DNA from: Dicyema japonicum
Lineage: Eukaryota; Animalia; Dicyemida
Reading direction: 5' to 3'
Assembly (NCBI GenBank): GCA_011109175.1
Contig: RDEW01000037.1
Coordinates: 560,760-624,759 of the forward strand
DNA length: 64,000 nucleotides
The position numbers and the translations under genes are program-made. Shown here piece after piece: positions 12,280 to 25,357 of the stretch. Numbering within the stretch: position 1 is the stretch's first letter; each line of letters opens with the position of its first letter. The notes under the pieces were generated by a model that worked only from the letters and a program-made list of their open reading frames with translations, was not told the DNA's origin and did no database searches.

Positions 12280-12760
12280 CTTTTGTGTGTAGACAAGAAT
12301 TTCAGAAAGACTGGTTATGGCACTCATCCGCCCTTTCCTCCCTGAAGCATGGTTTCAGCATGGCTTCAAAGAGTGAACGTCGACTGTCTTTGACACCTAA
12401 ATGCATTAAAGGAATTCATAACAGATTGCCTAAACAACGACGATTATTTGCTTAGTTGACAAATTTGACTCTGTCGTAAGATCACCACAACAAAATTATT
12501 CGTCGATCAATGACGCAAATCTAAGTAATGGTTGGGGAATTTCTTGAGCTGTCCCCGAGGGCGAGTACGCCAGGGTAATCGATGTTCCACATCCAGACTA
12601 TTATTACCAAACGAGGTTCCTTATGGTTCCCCATTATTTCTAGTCTTATGCAATCTAATTACGAATGACTTAACAATTCAACAAGATGACGACACATTAC
12701 GGTCCTACGCGGATGATATTGTTGTTTCACAACCGTCAATAAAGCTAATGAATTCTTGAA
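12280..12760 (+). mobile_element. Decayed LINE RT fragment
   Basis: QHGF, WLGNFL, VPYGSPL and SYADDI motifs. Confidence 0.75.
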
Positions 12761-13189
12761 GTATTTTTTTACGAAAGCTCCCTTTTCTCAATTTCGAGTG
12801 CAGGGAATCCACCATAAAAATGTTAAAATTCAGACTAAAGGCGATTCTTTGTGAAAGTCCTTTATTTCAAAACAATCTTTTCAGAGATATAGAATACATA
12901 CTTCAATAGCGATTTTCTCCTTATTAGAAAGCTTGGGACAGAAATTCGGTGTCAATCCTGAGATATATCTGAATCTGTTAGCAACTTTTCGAAGATTATG
13001 TCCACGATTTTCAACACGACGACGTTTGATCCAGAACACGCAAACCATACTTTAACTGACACAATTTCATTTTTCATAGAATTAACATCTCCACAGCAGA
13101 ATACACACTTTATTTTAAGCAAAAACAGTTATCATAACTAATCTTAGAGGAGAACCAAGAAATGCTCTTCACTTTTTGTTTTCTTTTTC

Positions 13190-13870
13190 TAGGTGTGTGT
13201 CCTTTTAGACAATCCAATGGTGCGTAAACGTTGACAATTGTGATTAGTCTCCTCGAATTTCTGCTTGATCTTGTACGTATTTGTAAGACACTGATTCTGT
13301 CATTGCCAGTAACCATATACTCTGGGAATATAGTCCTTTTGTATGGCAAAGCCTTGTCCATAATGCCTCGATTTCAAAGAAGCAATAGTAACCTGTAATT
13401 TTCATGAGATTCATCAAGTCCATTTTTTATTTTAGTCTCCTGCAGGCAGCATACAGAATCCCGGTATTTCTCAACATCGGAAAATAGAAGCTGCCTCTTA
13501 GCCACGTTATTCACGCCTGACATTGAAGGTTAAGATAGTCAGGTCATTAAATTGTTCTGAATCCTTTGCAGACATATGTGCAAAAGAGGCATGTCACCAT
13601 CTCAAGCAAAAAGAACTCCCGAAAATCCTTTTCGCAAAGTTGACAACCATTGAGATCCACTTGATCCTGACACCTGATCGACTCTCAGTGATTAATGCTT
13701 TGAAGGACAGCCGATGAGCAGGAACATTTCTCACAGTAGATCTTATGCTAGTTCCATTGGCATCATGTATTCCTGAAGATATATTTCTCACTTCTAATTT
13801 GTTTCTATCTTCAATATTCTTTGTAAGAAGGCCCTAAGGATTTGTTTGCAAACTAGTGAAAACAGACATG
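13190..13870 (-). mobile_element. 5' part (APE) of an RTE-like LINE related to 9546-11630
   Basis: NDLTILTFNV, CLQETK, HYGQGF and ITIVNVYAP motifs on the minus strand. Confidence 0.8.
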
Positions 13871-13939
13871 CACACCACCACTAGAACGAAAAATACATTA
13901 TTGTATAAAATAAATAATAATGTAATCACATTATTATTA

Positions 13940-14411
13940 ATTAAAGATGAAATATGAAATTTTAAGTGACGCAAGTTTTAAACAGCCGTTGAATATGCCT
14001 TTTACATGGAGATTCGCGCTATCGGAGTCTATGGTCCAAAGAGTCAACTCAATACACCAGAATACACTCAGTGTGTTTTGCCCACGTAATAGATCAACAG
14101 TCGACCCACTACTCATGGAAGCTAAGATCCGTAGTCGTGGCTCCGGATTTCTTCGCGTCTGTGAGGAAGATAGAAACCCGCTTCGCCTGATCCTTTCCAT
14201 GGCAAGAGAAAACTGATTGGATAAGAAATTCCCTCCCCGATCGGATTCCTCTGCAAGACCGAGAGAAGGCTCTTCCGGAAAGTAGTGGGGACAATGGAAG
14301 ATTACAGACGTCGAATGGCACAATTGATAGCGAGGACTGGGATCACTAACTGTTTGACTCTTTTGTCTTTCTTTCTCGGTGTTCCCGGGGTTATTAAAAT
14401 AAAATAAAAAT
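13940..14411 (+). mobile_element. LINE 3' fragment with hairpin tail
   Basis: C-terminal LINE-like ORF ending ..RTGIT, hairpin 14337-14346 / 14379-14388, and a (TAAAA)n tail. Confidence 0.7.
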
Positions 14412-14479
14412 AAATTATAGTCTTTTGTTGTCTTTTCATTAATCGAAATTTTATGACAACTTTAATATATGTGGACATA

Positions 14480-14700
14480 AGTTCTTCGGATTTATCCCCA
14501 TAGATCTCATGGAAGAAGGTAAATTCGATTTCTTATCCTAATAGTGGTTCAAATAACGATAGAAGAACTCGATAACCAGAAAAATAACTTATTTCCCTTA
14601 GAAAAGAGGTACTTAATCAAAGTAACGGAATAAGACCATTTCCGAGAAGGACTGGACAAACTTTATCGAGAATGCCTACAACAAATCTATTGAGTCTAGG
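14480..14700 (+). pseudogene. Possible remnant of a host gene with two 26-nt GT-AG introns
   Basis: Splices to LMEE|VVQITIEELDNQKNNL..KE|TISEKDWTNFIENAYNKS with one frameshift. Unidentified. Confidence 0.3.
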
Positions 14701-14719
14701 AACGACTTCATTTTTCTAT

Positions 14720-15520
14720 CATTTGTACAATTCTGTCTCACCTAAGAACTCAATTACGAATTCTGAGGCAGTCGCGGTAGAATATAGACGTTCCCCTATA
14801 GTAACTGCTCAAGCCTTCCTTAAAACGTCCACGAAATTGTATTCTGTCAATTTATACACTCCGATTTCTTTACTTCATCTCATTGACCACCAAGATGTCT
14901 ATCTGGGGGCCCTAGAAAGTAATGCTAGTTCATTATGCCTTTTCCTTAAGGATCAAGCATTCACTAGCACTATTTTTAATCCTTGTTTCAACAATTTGGT
15001 TACCTTGCTTCTTCTGCTTCTTCAAAACCACCCTTACTATCTACATTAAATCCATCTGTGTATTCGCGGACAGATAGTTAAGCTGTTACATAATCTTTGA
15101 TATTTCAGAATATATTTTCTCTTATAAATTGGGTGAGACTTCATTCGACTTTCGACTAATTTTTGGTGCCGTCTTTCACGTAACATCCATCATATCTGGC
15201 ACAATGTGAGGACGAGCAACAATTTATGCAATTAATTGTGTTTCCAGGAATCTTTCACACGCAGAGAGGCCGTGTTCTCCTCAAGTGAGACATCTTGTAT
15301 TCTTACAGAAGCAGGATATGTGCCCATAGCGTTGGCAGTTGAAACATTTATGTGGGCTTCTTCTGTACTATTAGCATGTAATGGTACGTGAGAAATGTTG
15401 AAACAATGTCCGAAGCGAAGTAGCCTCCGCCTTTGATCTATTTTTAAGAATAGTTGTGTACTTTTGATTCCGGCCAGGTATTTGGCGTCTCCTTAGTAAG
15501 GTGGATCCAATTAAGCCATT
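14720..15520 (-). mobile_element. Jockey/I-group LINE 5' half: gag-like ORF1 zinc knuckles followed by APE
   Basis: CFNCQRYGHISCFC (CX2CX4HX4C) plus two further knuckles (CLT*GEH..C, CINC..SH..C), then LKIVLVNA*SL..DILVVNE. Confidence 0.85.
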
Positions 15521-16469
15521 TAGTTATTTTTATTTATTTAACTCCAAGACCACCAAGAAAGATAGGTCAAAATTAACTAATTAGGTGATCCAAGCCACCA
15601 ACAACATCTGAACTCTCTTCGTCTAGTCTTCTGATGACCAGCCGCATTCCGGAAGCGCATTCTATTCCTTCTGCATAAAAATTTAAACGGCGTGCACTTT
15701 TTTTATAACCGAACGAAATCCTCTGCATGGGTCACCTTTTCCCTGAATTGGCTTCCCAGTTCCTTGCAAAAACGTAGGAAACCTTGGCCATTTCTCACCG
15801 TCGCCTCCTCAATGACAGGATTCCTGTTGGTCTACCGATGGTAAATTGTATAAACGAGGGAATATGTCTCGTCAGAGATTTAATTCTTCGTCATCCTAAA
15901 TAACCCTCTCCGACAAGTATGCATAGTTTTAAGACAAACGAATCCAACACCACTCCCAGAATTCTCCATTTGCACTCCGAGCATCTTTCTCTAGATTTCC
16001 AGTCGGTGGTGTATAACCTTACTTCAGACTACAACCTAATATTATGGTAGGTCGAAGATTCAATCGAAGTTGATTCGGAAAAAAAGACCTTCATTAATTA
16101 CACACGCTAATTGTGATCAAAATTCAAACAAAAATTTAAATGATGCTTTTCAGTCTTTTCAGTCAAATATTTACGCAGGGTTGATTTCGCAATGAATATC
16201 TCATAATTAGAGCGATTTTAGTCAAGATTAACAACTTCGATCGAAGATAAAAGACCAAAGAAGAAAGCTAGAAACTCAAGGAGCTTATTCGAAACAAATG
16301 ACTTTAATGATGATTCCCTAGATTTTGTTTTTTTATGAAATGTTCTGTTCAGGAACTATCAATCATTGATGTCTTTGTTTAACATAAAAATCATAATGTT
16401 CTTATAAATTATTTTTTTTGTAAACAAAAGACCTTTTTGTGTACTAAAGTGTTTTACAGAGTTAAAAAA

Positions 16470-16705
16470 TTATTCAAAAGCGAGTGGTTTAATTGTGTAA
16501 GTGGACGAAAGTTTATCCGGATTTGCAGTGGAAAGTTTTTCAATCGAAAAAGCAGCAAAGATATTGTCGAAGTGTAAGCTTATAATATCTATCCTCATAA
16601 AGATCTCCATGTCAAAACATAATTAAGCATAAGGCTATGACTGGAAAATTTTCTTCTGTTCGAAGGTAGAGTTCAAATTAATGAAACAAATTGAATATAG
16701 CGCTT
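16470..16705 (+). mobile_element. Possible Merlin/ISXO2-like transposase scrap
   Basis: FEGRVQINET(K)LN resembles the VQIDETKLN motif. Heavily decayed. Confidence 0.35.
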
Positions 16706-16789
16706 ACTTCATAACTGAGTCCCACAGGGATCCTGTATGTCTTTGATTCTATTTAATTTGCTCATACATGATATACCAACAATTAGGAC

Positions 16790-17500
16790 CAGAATACACA
16801 GGATAGTTTTGGAGTCCTTGATTAATCTCAACAGCGGGAAGGTTTCTTTTCATATCTCGGGCAAACGTCCATATATAATCTGATGTGCGGTCCGAGGGGA
16901 TGGTCAAGGGACTTTGCCATCTTGAGGAAATCCCGGTGACGTTCCGTAAGATATTCCATGATTGGGAGGACGTTTAGTGTTCTCCGCAATAAAGAGGTGG
17001 ACGTCTTTTTCGACGATCTCAATAGAATCCTGAGACATCGATTTTGTAAAACCTCCAGCTTGCTCTTGTACCGATATGATAAGGGGCAATCCATGCAGCA
17101 CAGGCGTACTCGATAATAAAAACTGTTTGTATAGAAGCTATAACGATGGGCGGGAAGATATTGGAGAGTAAGTGAAAGCCTTGAAAATTCCAATTTTCTT
17201 TTGGATCCTCGCGGTTACTAGGTCCACTTGATGGGTAAATGTGAGTATGGGATCCAGGATGACTCTAAGGATTGAAAGGGTCTTATTAATAGGAATACAA
17301 TGTTATTCGTGGTGTTGCTTGTAATTCTTTTTGTGCTGAGGTAAACGTTATACATGTGATTTCCTGGTGATATACTCAGACGGTTCTTCAGGAACCAAAG
17401 ACCCATCAGGTTTAGTAGATCTTGCACGGACCGTGTCACCTCGATTCTTCGATGTTTTAACTGCAACCACTAGTCCATCCGCATACAATAAAAGAATTGT
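16790..17500 (-). mobile_element. Decayed LINE RT/C-terminal fragment
   Basis: LLYADGL and KLEVLQNRCLRILL motifs. Confidence 0.8.
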
Positions 17501-18339
17501 GGTTTGGGGGTTGGGGATGGGGGATCTATAAATCAGTTGGCTTTGACACTTTCTTTTTGATGATCTTGAGGATTCTTAAATAAAATAAACAAAAGGGTGT
17601 CTCAATGCAGATTATGGAGGGGAGACTCTTTTTTTCTTCATGAAATACACTAAGTCTACTCTTAGTGGTTAGAAAGCGATCTCCAATTGAGAACTCCATC
17701 GATTAACAATCTATTAACTACTTTGTTCCTTCACTCAGATTCGCTTTGGAAATTTCAATTAGCGAACAAACTCTGACTATTGTCAAAGTCGTATTGACCT
17801 ATTTATTTTCCTCATGATGCCCTCGGAATCTCGCTACTCTACGTTACGTCAGGAGGTTCCACGTATCTTATCTTTATTTTTTGTGAAACTACTAATTTAA
17901 AGTTTCTGTCAATTCCAGTATATGAGGTAGTCCTTTAACAGAGAAAAGACTCCATCGTAGATTTTATATCTTTGTAAATAGTGAAGTACCTCAAACTAAC
18001 AATATTTCATGCAACGAGAGAGTGTCTTCCGCATCAGGATAGAATCCTTCCTTCTCTTTTCTTTTAGATTCATTCATTTTCTTAAGCTTTTCTTTAATTA
18101 AATAACTCGAATACTTCTCAGAGTCTGTCCAGAGACATCCCAAACGGATAATCTTCAGTTTCTTGGAACATTTTTCTTTCTCAAATTGTTATTTCAGCAG
18201 TTTTTCGTATTCCTTATTGGATCTCACAATTAGGTGAATAAATCACTTTTCCATTCTTTATTGCTTAATTTCCAATGGTTTCATGTTTACTTACTCCTTT
18301 TCCATTTAACTGAGGATTTCATACTAGCTTTAATGGCAC

Positions 18340-19275
18340 TATGATGCCCGTTTCAGTTAAATGGAGATCAGGTATCATAGCAGTGCTGCCAATTGACTCT
18401 CCGGCTAATTGGCCATAAGATTCAGAGTTCCCCTTTGTCTTTTCTCCTATTTAACTTATTTCTAAACGATTTACCAACTACTAAAGATCAGGAAACTATG
18501 TTTTTATTTTACGCAGACGACCTGATTAGCACTGCAAGAGACAAATCTTCTTCCAGGGATATGGCCTCGTTTAGTCACACCTCAACCGGAATGTGACTGG
18601 CTATCCGAGAATTTGTTGTCTGTGTCTACATCCAAGCCTCATGTTCACCCAATTTACTACGGACAGGAGATTTAAAGTGAAATTGAGATATTCCTTGGAA
18701 AATATTGCCATTCCTTATACGCAAATCCAGATCTTTGGAGTGAAATTCGAATCTCTTATGACGTTCTCCAGTCACACGGATAAAATGTCAACCAATTCGG
18801 TTCGAAAGTGGAACGTCCTAAAAGCTATAGCCCCTTCCTACCTACAGCTTGTATCATTAAACTATATCTTCAGATTATTTTGGCGACAATTGAATATGCC
18901 TGATATGCCTAAAGAGACGCTCTTCCCTTTTCAAGGGTCGATTATGAACTCTCTTAGGCGGAAGATCATGCGGCATATGAAACCAGACACCATATCCATC
19001 CCAGTCTCCTTTTAGAGGCGGTGACGTAGAGAAATGGCTAGTGCTTCTACTTATCTGGAAGGAGCAAGGAAACCTAATCTAGAAAGGGCGGAGGAATTCA
19101 GATAGAAAATAAAAAATGCACTCCGATAGAATTCCTTTTCAGGCATAAAACAGACACTTCTGGAGTTTAGTTGGATCTCGGGTGGAGCATTCGGAGAGAA
19201 TTCGAGAGATGTTGAAGCTGTGATCACCTAATTAGCGAGTTAGTACTTTCTTGGTGATTTAAAAAAATCAAAATA
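18340..19275 (+). mobile_element. 5'-truncated LINE with 3' tail
   Basis: QSSPLS..LFNLFLNDLP, FYADDL and IFGVKFES motifs. Ends ..AVIT* plus TTTCTTGGTGAT tail. Confidence 0.85.
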
Positions 19276-20420
19276 AATATCGTACTCATTTATTCAATCA
19301 ACTGTGATTCTTGAAGTTCCTTCAGCTCCATCATTTGCTAATTTTACGAAATTCTAAAAACCAATATCCTCTTCTTGTTTTCGCATGTTTTCAGTGTACA
19401 TTGAAAGTTTGGATTTTATGAAGATTGAGTAAATGTGCTTCTGATTCCTTAGAGATTCGAGAGCACATGTTAACAAACAGAGATAGGACTGAGTATACTG
19501 ATTCAAATCCGTTATTTACAGACAGTCGATAATAACAATGCTCCCAATTATTCTCTCGGATATAAGTTATACTACAATATCCTCGGTAATGTGCAAATCA
19601 TGCTGGGTTTTATCTTGACCGGATTTTGCAGTCCAAATTGGAATATCTAAGGTGCTTCCACTCACTCTACCCTCGTTTACCATACTTTGTTTTTATTCTT
19701 TGCTTTAGTCTTTGAAACCTCCGATTTGGCTTACAAATAAAGTTTTCGGCATATGTGGATTTGAAACGTCCGTGAAAACATCAAAAGTCCGCTCAATAAC
19801 ATCAAACAAGCCCGTTTGATACGATTCCTGACACAATTTTTTGCTTTTCTGCATATTTTATTAGATTCAGTTGTTCTCTCAGATGAGATTTCCTCCTTAA
19901 TGACTACATCGATTACAAAATTCTTTATTTTGTATTGATTCGTTAGTTTCTCAATAAATATGGATTTATCTGGTTGGATCACCGAATATACAAAATTCAG
20001 GAGATTCAAAGATCAGAAAAGCGATAGAATTTTCTTTATCTTGTTTCTTTCCAAGATTAGAATATCCGATTAGGCTGGTTTTCCGAGTCTAAATTAGTAT
20101 TTTACCATTCTTAAATCCTCAGTAAGTACGATTTTAGTTAGAGAAAAAATTAAACTCAGTTAGATACTTACACTTGCATTCATCAAAAGAAGTTATATTC
20201 TTCAAAGTCTTACACCTAGCTGGAGAATTAACCTGGTCCTCCGAGACATATTTTGTCAAAATTTAGACTTTAAAAATTTATGTCAAAGTAACACGGATTC
20301 GAAATTTGGGAAGATCAGTAAACTCACCGGAAAAGACGATCCTGTTTTTCTTTAAAATCAAAGATTCGCCACTGATTGTTTTATTTGTTCTTTGAAACTT
20401 TCAAATGCAAAAGCAAGAAC
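19270..20420 (-). pseudogene. Possible decayed multi-exon host gene, unidentified
   Basis: Non-TE sequence with open stretches (including ORF 19731-20009) and GTGAGT/GTAAGT donors. No continuous frame could be rebuilt. Confidence 0.25.
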
Positions 20421-20424
20421 AATA

Positions 20425-20720
20425 TTATTATGGATGGTCCCCACGAAGCGCATGGCTCGATGTAATGCTTGTATATGTTCTTTAGTACTGGGTGGATACA
20501 GACCTTCTATATTCCAGATAAGGTCTTTAGAATTTTAATTTTCCCTTCGATGGTGCCCAGGTTTAAATTTAAATGTTAGAAACGATCTATACTTCGACAG
20601 TGGGCTGCTTTTACTTGCTCTTAGAGTCTTGTATGATGTACTTTAGTGAAACAACACTGTCTTGAATACGGTTATTTGGGACTGACAAATTCGATCAAAC
20701 AACTTATCAAAGTAAATACG
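20425..20720 (-). mobile_element. LINE fragment related to 26920-27660
   Basis: KILKTLSGI..HPVLKNIYKHYIEPCASWGPS. Confidence 0.7.
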
Positions 20721-21026
20721 CTACACTTACTATTTTCCGAGATTAGTTTCCTCTTATTCTAAGTGGTGACTTAGTGAACATCTCACTGCGTAACCAGGTC
20801 TCTCAACAGAGGAATTTTGAGATTAACTGAATTGTGAGACTAACTGAACGGATATCCTGTAGACAAAATTGTCTAGAGTTTTAGCGGACAGAAATTCCAA
20901 ATCCCAAATGATCTGTCTTGAACGTGCAAATTGTTAGTACAATATTTTCTTCGATTGTTTGATTTTCAGGAGACCTCGGTTATTTTGCTTATTCTAAGAG
21001 AATTTATTTTTAAAATTATAAATAAC

Positions 21027-21470
21027 TAGGACGACAGAATGGCGAAGGCGCTACCTCTGATAATCACAATTTAAAGCCTCTGCCTCAACCAGAGCCTCTC
21101 CATGGCTCACACCTTTTTGAGGCGAGTTTGCTTCCAATACTGGAGAGAAAGGCGTCTGTCTTCGCTCCCACGGCTTCCAGTTGTCTCCACAGCAATGAGG
21201 TGAAATGGTATTGGTCTCCGAGGGATTCGTATTTACAGATCTTCATGGCCTCGGCCTGTCGGCTGCGTCTTCAAGAGAGTGCATCGCCATCAACAATCTG
21301 GCCCCTGAAAAAGTGTCCACACACGTTGCGTCCCAGACAAGTGATTTTACGTGGGAGTATGGGAGTAACGTCATGCCATCCGGCCTCTTCCCGTCGCCTC
21401 TGTCTAAGCCCAATGGTTCCAATTAGGCCGGAATCCTGCAGCCTCAAGGGCTCGAAAACTTTGCTTAATT
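21027..21470 (-). mobile_element. CRE-clade retrotransposon 3' fragment (RLE)
   Basis: RALEAAG..EPLGLDRGDGKRPDGMTLLPY..SLVWDATCVDTF..KY..IAVETTG..IIRGSA. Confidence 0.9.
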
Positions 21471-21689
21471 AACCTTTGAAGGAACGAGTCTTTTTTAATG
21501 TACAGATATCTGTGCTCACTAGAGTATATATTGATACAATACTTTTTTAAAAACCGAAATAAATTAAAAACTAACAGTTAACAACTACTGGCTGCTCTCA
21601 GAATCAAGAACGCATTCCCCCCGATGATTTGTAAAGAAATGCACTCAATGAACCAATTTTCTTCTTTAACCAACATTTAATCATTATTT

Positions 21690-21965
21690 AAATTTAAATT
21701 GAATTTATTGAACCAGAAAACATTGTCATAGCCAGAATATCACAAATTTAGGTGATCCAGGGCTCCTTCAGAAATCTTTGCATGCTCGAAGAAAGTGCCG
21801 TCCAGAGGGAACTCCTCTGGATGTTTGATGTCTAATGGTCCTTTTTGGATATAATTTAGGATTATGTCTGGAGCCACCAGAATAATGAACCACATGACGT
21901 ATGCTAACAATTCAAGCTCCCTAGAGATAAAAGAGAAGATGATTCACAAAAGAAACAAACAAATA
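21690..21965 (-). mobile_element. Diverged SINE-like element, head-to-head with the SINE at 21977
   Basis: Same architecture as the SINE family: CT-rich stretch, CGTCATGTG, AAAAAGGACCATT and GGATCACCTAA tail. Confidence 0.45.
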
Positions 21966-21976
21966 ATTTTCAAATC

Positions 21977-22251
21977 AGATTTATGATTGTTTTGTCTGTT
22001 CCTCCTCTCTCCTTTCCCACTAGAGTGGCGTAATGTAATCAACCTGTATCTGGTTGCACGAAAAAAATCATTTGATCTCCAATACTCAATTGGAGGAGTT
22101 TTCAAAACTGCATGAATATCTTCTACCTTTTATGCTGATTCTGTATGGATTTGTTTGACTTTGAAGGACTCTTTTTCTGTGATAGAGGAAACTGGATACA
22201 CTTAATTAACTGTTTACTTTTTTCTCAGTGTATCTGGGGTTAATAATAATA
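21977..22251 (+). mobile_element. SINE-like element, 5'-truncated (full-headed copies at 36926-37239 and 50756-51061)
   Basis: Matches the 3437-3762 family. Hairpin 22192-22201 / 22228-22237 and TAA tail. Confidence 0.8.
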
Positions 22252-22299
22252 GAAAAAACACTTAAGTAATTATTTTATCCCTACTGACTTGTTAAGTTG

Positions 22300-23965
22300 G
22301 CCACAGGATGGTAATTGCCTAACAAAACATACTATCCAGGACATAAAAAACTACCAAGAATACATTGAGACTCATCTACTGGATGTATCGACGGACGTCT
22401 CACTAAGAGATTCCTGACCTTTATTATCGAAGCATCTGGTGAATACCTTGGCACAAGAGAGAAGTGTAAGACTTACATGATGTCGCTTTACCTAGAGGTC
22501 GAGCTAGCGAGGAACATTAAAGATATATGAAGAAAAAATCAACTGATGATAGTATGAGAAAATCCTCTAAGGTGAAACAGTATATTATAGCGAATATAAA
22601 TAAACTGAACAAGAAACAATTTCCAGATAAATTATTATCTCCATTAAATGAAGTAAGCAAGATAATACATAAATGTACACAGCAATACGCGTGTTTCGAT
22701 AAACTGAAAAGATATTAAGGATGGAATGGGAAATTAATATTGAACCCAGAAGAACAAGTCAATCTTATTGCAGACCATTTCACGAAGATGTTTAATGTGA
22801 ATGCTACATCAATTTCTCCTTTTGATGGATTGCCAATAAACTAAAAACTATAGGATTCCCGGTGTGGGGACATCATCGCCTGTATGATAAAATTACAACC
22901 CTATTAAATGACATGTCTACCACCTGCTCTACACTATATATAGGGATCAGATTATTAATTCCAATACAGTAAATTATTACAGCTAAAGGACCACTTGAAA
23001 ACTTACGCTACTAAACTCCTTACGTAAAGTACTTGAAAATATTGTGATGGAACGAATAAAAGGACTACATGAAAGTCAAAGTGGATTTTGAGAAGAGAGA
23101 TCAACAGCCGATGCGATTTTGAATCACGGATGGAGGCGTGCAACGCATCAAAGATAGAATAACGCCACCAACATTCTGGGGATAGAGTTATCTTTTGACA
23201 CGGTCATTGGCATAAATTAATGGAGGTACTGGAACAATATCTCGATGAGTCAAGCCTGAGACTGATAAGAATTCTACTATCCAGTACTGAGCTCTTTGTG
23301 AAAGTCGGAAAGACCTACTCAAGAATAGTTAACACAAATACATGCACCCCTCAAGGAGACTCTCAATTACTATTTGGAAGGATTCATGAGGGAACTCAGA
23401 TTAATCTATTTAGACATTTCCGAAGACGGAGAGCACTTTTGGGACATAAAAACTCAGTCCCCTTTTATGAAAAAGTGAGGATATTATACGAAGAAAAACC
23501 CTAGCAAATGCGATTATGCATAATAATCTATGGATTAAACGAAAATGGATCAGCATCAAAATATGGATACAGCTGTACAATTCGCTTATAAAACCTATTC
23601 TGCTATACAACACTGGGACCTGGGCTACTTCAAATGAGGAAGTGAGACAGGAGCCGGTGAGAAAAATAACAGGGGAGGTGGACTAGAATCTCATGTAAAT
23701 GAATACAAAAAAATGCGGATCTAAGCCAACAAGCCTGGAGGTAATTGAGTTTCGCTGAAGACTATTTGGCCACATTCTGAGGATGGATTGGCATCCCCGC
23801 CGAACAGAGCTATGGAAGATTACTATTTTGTCAATAGAGTCGTTTCCGTGAAAGGCCTAGAGTAACAGTGTCTTTTGTCCTTCAAAAGGAGCTGAAAAGG
23901 GTTAAAAACTACTCGAATCCGCTGACGACTTTGACTTATTGAGAACCCTAGCAAATAACAAGTGA
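22300..23965 (+). mobile_element. Decayed RTE-like LINE (copies ~37290-39285 and ~51110-53155 keep more of the APE)
   Basis: SDHRMVIA, QSGF*EERST, TPQGDS, LYNSLIKPILLYNTGTW and RLFGHILRM motifs. Confidence 0.88.
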
Positions 23966-23989
23966 GCTTGTTTGGTTTGCGTACCGATA

Positions 23990-24790
23990 TGGTGAATTAT
24001 TTTTCCCCATTATCTCCCCTATTGTTCACGTTATGATGGATGACTTGCCACTCTCAGGGGGACGATGACTTACTATTAACGTATGCTGATGATATAGTCA
24101 TGCCTCGAGGGATGTGAGCATTGTGGAAGCAACGAGAAGAATACAGGACAATATGAATTATGGCTTTGGGAAAATCAATTGACTGCTAGCCCGAGAAGTC
24201 GTGTCAACCTTATTCACGACAAACAGAAGACTAGGGAAAGTTTCAATTGACGTCAAATTGGATGGGAAGATTATCCCGTAAAAATATTAGAAAATCCTGG
24301 GAGTCACCTTTGACACCTTAACCTTTACAAAACATGTCGAAATATGTTAATGATTTGTACGAGGAAAATCAACTTCCTGAAAGCGTTCTTGGGAGACCAA
24401 AGAGACATAAAAGATCTGAGTGGTCTGGATGTCATATACAAACAGTTCATCGAGGCTACAATAGGATACGCATGTAATATCCGGGAATCTAACCTTTCTT
24501 CAAGGAATTTGGACAAGACATCCAACATTCAAGTGAAGGCAGCAAACCTACTAAGGAAATACTCAGGAGTGGAAATCTAGCCTAGAAACCTAGAAATTAT
24601 GATAGAGGCGAGTGGAACAGTAGCCCTGCAAAGGACTCGGGTATGCGGACCCCGTCCATTTCGAAAATGCGCAGGAACTCAGTCGGAACACCGAGAAAAG
24701 ATACGAAGACTGCTAAGGGAGGCTGGGATCACCTGAATTTGGTTTTTTGGATATGAAGGTTGTTTTTTTTGGTTTAATAAAATAAAATTA
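23990..24790 (+). mobile_element. 5'-truncated LINE (copies ~39310-40110 and ~53180-53980)
   Basis: PLSPLLFTL, TYADDI and KILGVTFD motifs. Ends REKIRRLLREAGIT*. Confidence 0.88.
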
Positions 24791-25357
24791 TTTTTCATAA
24801 TTCGGGAACGACATTCGTAACCGACTTGATATGTCTACTGAAAATTATCTTCCTCCTTATTTACCTTGGACAAATGACCGTGGATATATTTATCAACCAG
24901 ACAAAATTACCTTCCACGAAGAAACTGAAAATCTTGGGATCACCTTCATCACACACATGTCCTTTTTATCTCATGTCGACGGCATCCTCGGAAGCTGCTC
25001 AAGAAAGCTAGGGATAATAAAATCTATTTTTGGTGGCACTAAAACCCCTTTCCCAGCATTGAAGTTATTGTACAAACAATTCATTGTGCCATGCCTGTGC
25101 GTCATGGGAATCAATCTGTCCTGGACGAGCAAACAGAAAATCAGCGACATTCAGTATTTAATAGCCACTACTATTAGTATTTTTGGGAACTAAAAAATTA
25201 ATCCACTCATCACTTGAATACCTTATCCGACAAAATGGAAAGGGATTTGCTTCCCTGTGCATGAACTACAACTTCCAAATTACACAGCCATGACGTGTCT
25301 TATGAGAAAGAAATACATCACCCCGCTCCAATTTCTATTCCCTAAATCATCCCACAG

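Noticed and set aside
14672-15049. 125-aa + strand ORF as a gene
   Set aside because: Mostly antisense to a decayed LINE APE domain.
21128-21472. 114-aa + strand ORF
   Set aside because: Antisense shadow of the CRE RLE fragment.
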